A stretch of 64,000 bases of DNA. Source: an uncultured Verrucomicrobiota bacterium. Its GTDB lineage: Bacteria > Verrucomicrobiota > Kiritimatiellia > JAAZAB01. The number at the start of each line of letters is the position of its first letter. The stretch's first letter is position 1. The DNA lies in contig CAZTWL010000004.1 in assembly GCA_964617825.1 (NCBI GenBank), positions 7,546 to 71,545 of the forward strand, given 5' to 3'. Below are positions 57,888-64,000 of this stretch, piece after piece. Below the pieces are notes generated by a model. The model did not search any database and was not told where the DNA came from. It saw only the letters and a program-made list of their open reading frames with translations. The translations under genes and the position numbers were made by a program.

Positions 57888-59219
57888 AAACGAATCAAGA
57901 TTCCATCAGAAAGAGTGCCCGTAATTACCGAGGCGGATATCTGCGTTTTGGGCGGAAGTTGCACCGGCGTATTTGCCGCGGTCCGGGCTGCCCGGCTTGG
58001 CGCCAACGTCGTCATCGTCGAAAAACAGAACCGGTTCGGCGGAGTCGCCACCAACGGTTTGGTGCACATGTGGCACAGTATTTATGACACGGATTTCAAC
58101 GAACAGATCATCGGCGGACTGACATATGAAGTCATGGAAAGGCTGGCCAAAAGAAATGCGATTAGCCCGTTTAAAAACTCGAAGATCTTTGGAATCCGGC
58201 TGAATTCGGAAGAGTTGACCATTGAACTGGATGAACTCGTTCTCGAGTCTAAAATCAAGCCTTGCCTCCATGCTTTCTTTTCCGCGCCGATCATTGAGGA
58301 TGGGCGCGTTACCGCGGTAATTATCCAGACCAAGTCCGGCCGGGGCGCGATTAAAGCCAAAATGTTCGTCGATGCCACCGGCGATGCCGACCTTTGCAGT
58401 TTGGCAGGATTGCCGACCTATGTGCCGGAGCATATCCAACCGCCGACCGCTTGCGCCAGATTCACCCATTGGGATACCAAGCTTGATACCAACAAACTGA
58501 TCATGGACCATGCCAAAGAATTCGATTTGCCGGAAGGATTCATCTGGGGCGCTACGATCCCACCGGACGACGATGTTTACATGCTTGCCGGCACGCGCGT
58601 TGCCGGAAAGAATCCGGCGGATGGCGATCAATTAACTTATTGCGAGATGGAAGGCCGCCGCCAGATCAGGGCGATCATGGATATCTATAGAAAATACGCG
58701 CAAGGCAACTGCATCGCATTGCATGCCCTGCCTTCACAAATCGGCATCCGGGAAAGCCGGCATATCGAGGGTCTTGGCCGGATAACCGGAAAAGATCTGC
58801 TTAACGGGCATAAATACTCCGACGCCATTGCCAAGGGGACTTACCCGGTGGACATCCATCACCAGGACAAACCTGGAATAACTTTCCGGCATTTAAATGG
58901 AACCCAGTATTATTGCCGGCCGGGGAAAGAAACCGTCACGAGCCGCTGGCGCGAGGAAACGGTTGCTTCTCCAAAATATTACCAAATTCCTCTAAGCGCG
59001 TTGATTCCCAAAAACTCCCGGAACGTCATTGCCGCCGGCCGCATGCTTGACGCCGACCGGGAAGCATTCGGCGCTGTCCGAGTGATGGTGAATCTGAATC
59101 AGACAGGCGAAGCTGCCGGTGTGGCCGCATGGCAGGCGCTGGTCGCAAACACGACCATAGCCCAAGTTGACCCCCAGGCCGTCAGAAAAGCACTGTCCTC
59201 CGGCGGCTCGTGTGTGTAG
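57888..59219 (+). CDS. FAD-dependent oxidoreductase (FAD_oxidored-like family)
   Basis: N-terminal dinucleotide fold (ICVLGGSCTGVFAAVRAARLGANVVIVEK) and a GD..AD motif. Confidence 0.6.
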   Translation, partial: KRIKIPSERVPVITEADICVLGGSCTGVFAAVRAARLGANVVIVEKQNRFGGVATNGLVHMWHSIYDTDFNEQIIGGLTYEVMERLAKRNAISPFKNSKIFGIRLNSEELTIELDELVLESKIKPCLHAFFSAPIIEDGRVTAVIIQTKSGRGAIKAKMFVDATGDADLCSLAGLPTYVPEHIQPPTACARFTHWDTKLDTNKLIMDHAKEFDLPEGFIWGATIPPDDDVYMLAGTRVAGKNPADGDQLTYCEMEGRRQIRAIMDIYRKYAQGNCIALHALPSQIGIRESRHIEGLGRITGKDLLNGHKYSDAIAKGTYPVDIHHQDKPGITFRHLNGTQYYCRPGKETVTSRWREETVASPKYYQIPLSALIPKNSRNVIAAGRMLDADREAFGAVRVMVNLNQTGEAAGVAAWQALVANTTIAQVDPQAVRKALSSGGSCV

Positions 59220-59222
59220 CAA

Positions 59223-60482
59223 CTACGCGTATTGCGCGGAAACCTCGGCGGCTATGCGCGCCCATTCCCAGAGGCGCTCCGGCTGATGGCGGACAGTGCT
59301 GATATCCTTGAGGATGATTTCAACGGCGCAGGACTTCGTTAACTCGAGCTTTTCCTGCAGATATTTGCGGACGTCGGCCGGATTCCAGGCGTCAACGGCA
59401 AGCAGCGCCGGATTAGGTTTGAACGAAAAAACATAGTCGCGGCCGATATTGGCCACAGCCTCGTCGAATTTGATCCAGGGACTCATCGAGATTTTTTTAA
59501 GATTAGGCACTTTTCTCAGGATGCCAACCTTTTTATGGAGCGGCTCGCAACAGCCGTAATATGTCACGCCGAAGCGCTTGAGCCATTCCATTTCATACTT
59601 CAGGGCAAATTCATCGTGCATTTCCGGCGAAACTTCCGAAAATATTTGCGACATCGACCGTCCCCAGCAATTCATGGGATGCACCGTTTGTCTGGCGCCG
59701 TCGACTTCGGGAAGCGCGTCGGTATAGCCCAACCCGCCCGAAGTGCTGCAGCTGTTATCGTTGTTCTGAAGAAGGAGGCCCAACGCATCATACTGATCGA
59801 GGCGCGCGAGGTAGGCCCGCGTCAAGCGCTGCATCAACAAATGGACATACTCGGGACGCAGGACCATATCCATGAGAACTTCCTGGATGCCGGTCCAGCG
59901 AACGAGTTCATCCCAGGCGTTAAAACTGAAGCCCTTGGTACCGCCCTTCCTGACCTGGACGATCCCATTGAATATGCCGGCGACAACCTCAAGATATTCC
60001 GCACTTTGGGCGGCATCATGGGTGACCACCGGCATCTTGATTTTTTCCGCGTCGGCTTCCTCTCTGATCTGGATGTTAAAATGCCTTGAGACCACATTGT
60101 TCGTTTCGTCGGTCTTGGTAATATCGACATCTTCTTTGATGCCGAAGCCACTGTCTGTCACTGCCACGGGAGCATAAATCACCGGCTCCACGACCATGTC
60201 GCCCGGCAAGTGATTCCACTGGTAGATTTTCATCCTGAGATTCTGTTCCAGTCCCCGGCAAAGCGGGTCCTGGCTGCGGATGGTCAACTCGTCGTTGACA
60301 TTCATTTCGCACCAGGGAATCTCATAAATGAAAATCGGCGGCTTGACGCGCTCGACGTTATTCAAGCGCTTCCATAATTTTTTGCGGACTTGGTTCACGG
60401 GGTCGGCCGCAATTTCAGCGTACTTGGCCCCCAACTCGCGCAAAACAGCCTTGTCGCTCTGCGAGATTTTCGGCATGGACAT
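59223..60482 (-). CDS. Uroporphyrinogen-decarboxylase-like (URO-D/MtaA fold) family protein, function unknown
   Basis: The C-terminal half resembles the URO-D family TIM barrel. Low-confidence assignment made by eye. Confidence 0.4.
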   Translation of the reverse strand: MSMPKISQSDKAVLRELGAKYAEIAADPVNQVRKKLWKRLNNVERVKPPIFIYEIPWCEMNVNDELTIRSQDPLCRGLEQNLRMKIYQWNHLPGDMVVEPVIYAPVAVTDSGFGIKEDVDITKTDETNNVVSRHFNIQIREEADAEKIKMPVVTHDAAQSAEYLEVVAGIFNGIVQVRKGGTKGFSFNAWDELVRWTGIQEVLMDMVLRPEYVHLLMQRLTRAYLARLDQYDALGLLLQNNDNSCSTSGGLGYTDALPEVDGARQTVHPMNCWGRSMSQIFSEVSPEMHDEFALKYEMEWLKRFGVTYYGCCEPLHKKVGILRKVPNLKKISMSPWIKFDEAVANIGRDYVFSFKPNPALLAVDAWNPADVRKYLQEKLELTKSCAVEIILKDISTVRHQPERLWEWARIAAEVSAQYA

Positions 60483-60529
60483 GCGATTTGTCCTCCTGCG
60501 GCTTAAAAAACCCAGTGACTCGCAATCGA

Positions 60530-61915
60530 CTATTTCTTTTTACCGACAGCTTTACTGGCAGGCTTCTTTTTGGCAGTGGAAGTTTTCGCTGCAAGTGCAA
60601 TCATCGGATTCGCGGCCGAAACCGTGACCGTGGCCGTCGATTTGGCCAATTCCGTCGCCAAGTCCCTGACGGTGCCGTCAAACGAAGCCTTGCTGCCGGG
60701 CTTGATTTCCTTGACTTCGGTTGGCAGGCCAATTTTATCCAGAAGGGCAATAAACGGCTCAGGATCGAGTTCCTCGACATTGACCATCGTTTTGGGATCC
60801 CAGATGCCCTGGGCTACAAGCATGGCGGCGGCAACCGGCGGAACCCCGGCGGTATAACTGATGCCCTGGGACTCAACTTCTTCATAGCATTTCTTATGGT
60901 CCGAGACCTGGTAGATCAAAACCTCGCGTTTTTTTCCGTTTTTCCAGCCCTTGACGAAGTTGCCGATGCAGGTGTTGCCTGTATAGCCGGGAGCCAGCGT
61001 CTTCGGGTCAGGCAGGAGCGCCTTGACAACCTTGAGCGGCACAACCTTTTGGCCCGTGGTCAGGGTCACCGGCAGGTGCGAGAGGAATCCGAGCGTACGC
61101 AGCACGGTAAATACATTGATGTAGTGATCGCCGAATCCCATCCAAAATCGAATACTGTTCGCATCGATGTTCTTCGAAAGCGAATGCAATTCGTCGTGAC
61201 CGTTGAGGTAAATCGGGCAAAGTCCGGCAACGGGAAAATCATAGACGCGCTTGACGGAATGCGTCGGATACTCGCGCCACTGCCGGTCAATCCAGGTCCA
61301 AACCTTGATGAACTCGCGAAAATTTATTTCCGGGTCGAAATTCGTGGCAAAGTATTTGCCGTGCGAGCCAGCGTTGACATCCATGATGTCGATCGTATCG
61401 ATTTTGTCGAAGTAACGCTTGACTGCCAGGGCGCAGTAGGCATTGACCACGCCCGGATCGAATCCCACTCCCATAATGGCCGTCAACCCCTGCGCCTTGC
61501 AGCGCTCACGGCGTTTCCACTCGTAATTTGCGTACCAGGGCGGGTTTTCGCAGACCTTGTCCGGGTCCTCATGGATCGCCGTATCCAGATAAACCGCGCC
61601 TGTCTGCAAGCAGGCTTCCAGAACCGACATATTGATGAAGGCGTTACCCAGATTGATCACGATTGCGGAATTGGTTTCCTTGATCAGCTTGGCGGTGGCC
61701 GCAATGTCGAGCGCGTCAATCGAACGCGAATAGAGTTTTTTCGAAGGATCCTTGATGTGATTTTTGCGTTTAACGCTCGCGATAATTTCGTCGCATTTGG
61801 CCTGAGTGCGGGAAGCAATACAGATATCTCCCAGCACATCGTTATTCATCGCCGCTTTGTGGGCCGCCACGTGGGCGACACCCCCGGCGCCTATGATCAA
61901 CACGTTTTTTTTCAT
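60530..61915 (-). CDS. Carboxy(nor)spermidine dehydrogenase/synthase (saccharopine dehydrogenase family) with Lys/Ala-rich C-terminal tail
   Basis: aggagaag RBS, the IIGAGGVAHV Rossmann motif and a CANSDH-like core. About 60 extra C-terminal residues (AKKKPASKAVGKKK). Confidence 0.85.
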   Translation of the reverse strand: MKKNVLIIGAGGVAHVAAHKAAMNNDVLGDICIASRTQAKCDEIIASVKRKNHIKDPSKKLYSRSIDALDIAATAKLIKETNSAIVINLGNAFINMSVLEACLQTGAVYLDTAIHEDPDKVCENPPWYANYEWKRRERCKAQGLTAIMGVGFDPGVVNAYCALAVKRYFDKIDTIDIMDVNAGSHGKYFATNFDPEINFREFIKVWTWIDRQWREYPTHSVKRVYDFPVAGLCPIYLNGHDELHSLSKNIDANSIRFWMGFGDHYINVFTVLRTLGFLSHLPVTLTTGQKVVPLKVVKALLPDPKTLAPGYTGNTCIGNFVKGWKNGKKREVLIYQVSDHKKCYEEVESQGISYTAGVPPVAAAMLVAQGIWDPKTMVNVEELDPEPFIALLDKIGLPTEVKEIKPGSKASFDGTVRDLATELAKSTATVTVSAANPMIALAAKTSTAKKKPASKAVGKKK

Positions 61916-61928
61916 ATGTATTCTTCTC

Positions 61929-63038
61929 CTATGATAAACTGTCAACATAATCTTTGTAGCCGAAATTCCTGACTAAATCAAGCGTCCCGTCCAACCGGCG
62001 CACGCAAATGGACGGCATGGGCAATCCGTTGAACCAGTTCTTTTTCACCATCGTATATCCGGCGGCATCTGCGATCCGAACCACGCTACCGGGCTTCAGC
62101 TTGGTTTTCAGGCAATATTGACCAAAGACATCGCCTGCCAGGCAGGAACGGCCGGCAATCATGACTTTGTAATGGCCGGGACCGGGAGAGGCGATCTTTG
62201 CGCAGGTGCGATAAATCAAATGGTCCAGCATATGCGCCTCGGTTGAGGCATCCACGATGGCGATATCCATCTTGTTGTGGACAACATCCAGGACCGTGGT
62301 CACCAGTTCCGCGCAACCGGTAATGGCCGCCTCTCCAGGCTCCAGATAGACCTGGACGCCGAATCGCTCGCCGAAAGATTTAAGGCACGCGCAGAATTTT
62401 TCAAGCGGATAACCGTCTTGCGTAAAGGCCAGCCCCCCTCCCAAACTAACCCATTCCATCTTCTTCAGCAGTTCCCCGTATTTCCGCGCGATGCGCTCCA
62501 TGTTCCCGGCAAAATTGCCAAAATCATTGTTTTCGCAGTTGAAATGGAACATTACGCCGCTGATCAGGGATGCCGCCTGCCTGAGTTCAAGTTTGTCGGT
62601 TACGCCCAGCCGTGAATACTTCCTGGCCGGGTTCGCCAGGTCGAAGTGCGAATAACTCAGTCCCGGATTGATCCGCAGGCCCTGTTTCAGTCCGCGGACA
62701 ATGCCGGCATATCTTTTGAGCTGGGAAAGCGAATTGAAAATAACCTTGTCGGCGTATTTCCTGACGGATTCGATATCCTGCCACGAAAAACCGACGCTAT
62801 AGGCATGGACCTCTTTTCCGAATTTTTCATATCCCAAGCGAGCTTCATACAACGAGCTGCTCGTTGTTCCATCCATATATTGGCGCATCAGGTCGAAAAC
62901 GCACCAAGTTGAAAAACATTTCAGCGCCAGCACGGACTTGGCGCCCGAAACTTTGCGCACATGGCGGATAATCTTCAAATTCCGCAGCAGTTTTCTTTCA
63001 TCGATCAGGTAATAAGGCGTGCTTATGTGCATCATCAA
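61929..63038 (-). CDS. nspC: Carboxynorspermidine/carboxyspermidine decarboxylase NspC
   Basis: TPYYLIDERKLLRNL...LALKCFSTW...DGTTSSS closely matches the NspC N-terminus. Three consecutive ATGs make the exact start ambiguous. Confidence 0.9.
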   Translation of the reverse strand: MMMHISTPYYLIDERKLLRNLKIIRHVRKVSGAKSVLALKCFSTWCVFDLMRQYMDGTTSSSLYEARLGYEKFGKEVHAYSVGFSWQDIESVRKYADKVIFNSLSQLKRYAGIVRGLKQGLRINPGLSYSHFDLANPARKYSRLGVTDKLELRQAASLISGVMFHFNCENNDFGNFAGNMERIARKYGELLKKMEWVSLGGGLAFTQDGYPLEKFCACLKSFGERFGVQVYLEPGEAAITGCAELVTTVLDVVHNKMDIAIVDASTEAHMLDHLIYRTCAKIASPGPGHYKVMIAGRSCLAGDVFGQYCLKTKLKPGSVVRIADAAGYTMVKKNWFNGLPMPSICVRRLDGTLDLVRNFGYKDYVDSLS

Positions 63039-63100
63039 TCATCTGCCTCAAATTAGCGCGTTAAAATCACGTTTGCCGTGGGCCATTGCCCGGTTCTTGC

Positions 63101-63976
63101 TCACTGTTTTCCGGAAATCGCGAGGGGAAAAACCACGGCGCCGTATCCCACAACCCAATTTCCCCTGCTTTCGGGATGATCGTCGCCCGTATTGCGGTAA
63201 TGCAAGACAACGCCTTCCCGCACTCCCTGCTGTTTCACAAACCGCATGGTTACCGCAACCGCCGACATGCCGCAGAAAATCTGGTTTTCGTAGCTCCACT
63301 GCTGCAGCAAATCGTCGGTTTGCATTGCGGCCACTTTTTTCAAGCTGTTGCGATCGGTTTTGGTTACCAAATTGTAATCCGGATCGTGGAGCATATCGGA
63401 GCTGGCAATGACCAGCAGCTTGCGTATTTTAGCCAATTCTTCCAAACCAGCCGCCAGGGCATCGAACGTTTGCGGATTATGATCGCCGATCAAGCCCACC
63501 ACCAGCCTTGCTTTGGGGATGGCCGTCTGCACAAACGGAATCTGATTCTCGGCCGAGTGTTCGCCGTTATGCGGAGCATAATCCGGATAAATCGCCGGCC
63601 GGTTGCTGCTCAGCACGCTCAAGGCATCCTTGTCGAGTTCAGTCTCTCCGAGAGGCGAACGAATCGCATCACCATCCATGAGGGCAACACCGCGGAAACC
63701 TCCGCGATGACTGAAGCCCAGGATGACAACCGTGTCCGGCGCATCGCCCCGGCGGGCCTGATCCTGAAGCGCACGGTACACGTAGCCGGCAACCGACCCG
63801 GAATATATATAACCGGCATGCGGCGCAATGGCGCCGATAATCCGGCCTTTAAGCGGGCTCACCCGGGCCGCGTCGATGCAAGAAGCAACCAAATTGCCCA
63901 ACGTCGTCTTGTCACCCGGGAACCAGCGGTCATCGCCACGGGTTGTCCTGACCATTTGTTGATTTTTTGGGTTCAT
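63101..63976 (-). CDS. Memo-like protein (AmmeMemoRadiSam system protein B family)
   Basis: GAIAPHAGYIYSG and LGFSHRG motifs typical of MEMO1. The ATG at 63976 follows aaggataat. The ORF reaches the window edge only through a TTG. Confidence 0.7.
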   Translation of the reverse strand: MNPKNQQMVRTTRGDDRWFPGDKTTLGNLVASCIDAARVSPLKGRIIGAIAPHAGYIYSGSVAGYVYRALQDQARRGDAPDTVVILGFSHRGGFRGVALMDGDAIRSPLGETELDKDALSVLSSNRPAIYPDYAPHNGEHSAENQIPFVQTAIPKARLVVGLIGDHNPQTFDALAAGLEELAKIRKLLVIASSDMLHDPDYNLVTKTDRNSLKKVAAMQTDDLLQQWSYENQIFCGMSAVAVTMRFVKQQGVREGVVLHYRNTGDDHPESRGNWVVGYGAVVFPLAISGKQ

Positions 63977-64000
63977 ATTATCCTTTCCATATCCGGACAA

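Noticed and set aside
59535-60089. 184-aa plus-strand ORF within the URO-D-like gene region
   Set aside because: Antisense to a longer ORF with a family-like C-terminus. No RBS.

Overview
This is a GC-rich bacterial chromosomal window with dense, mostly co-directional operons and frequent 4-nt start/stop overlaps. Major blocks, in order: a partial PfkB kinase; a translationally coupled operon of a FemAB/CelD-like GNAT fused to an ATP-grasp ligase plus a fold-III PLP decarboxylase; crcB with a DUF190 partner; a sigma-54 activator next to a sigma-54 promoter driving a membrane-anchored Hsp20; a GldA/F/G-like ABC system with a DUF4340 protein; a MoxR-DUF58-Bat aerotolerance-type operon with domain fusions; a soluble NqrF-like reductase; a STAS/STAS/NMT1-binding-protein/Cache-HAMP-PP2C module; and a Rex-controlled NuoE/NuoF/HydA-type [FeFe] hydrogenase operon. 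That operon is followed directly by a sensory [FeFe]-hydrogenase-like domain fused to a histidine kinase and a phosphorelay (REC, hybrid HK, REC, REC-Ser/Thr kinase). Two minus-strand tRNAs (Arg-CCT, Tyr-GTA) bracket a 6.5-kb block that is AT-richer by eye and carries accessory-type genes (secreted EF-hand protein, EEP nuclease/phosphatase, lytic transglycosylase, cyclase, YihY-cNMP fusion, orphan Cache protein). Beyond it lie a large unassigned protein, a GT-C glycosyltransferase with a DPPR-synthase-like UbiA prenyltransferase, a ClpX-like ATPase without zinc finger, queC, and a polyamine cluster (ODC-like, carboxynorspermidine dehydrogenase and decarboxylase) co-oriented with a URO-D-like protein and a Memo-like protein. 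No CRISPR array, integrase or transposase was seen. All calls rest on motif-level reading of the six-frame translations and the DNA; any taxonomic impression (PVC-like anaerobe) is inference only.
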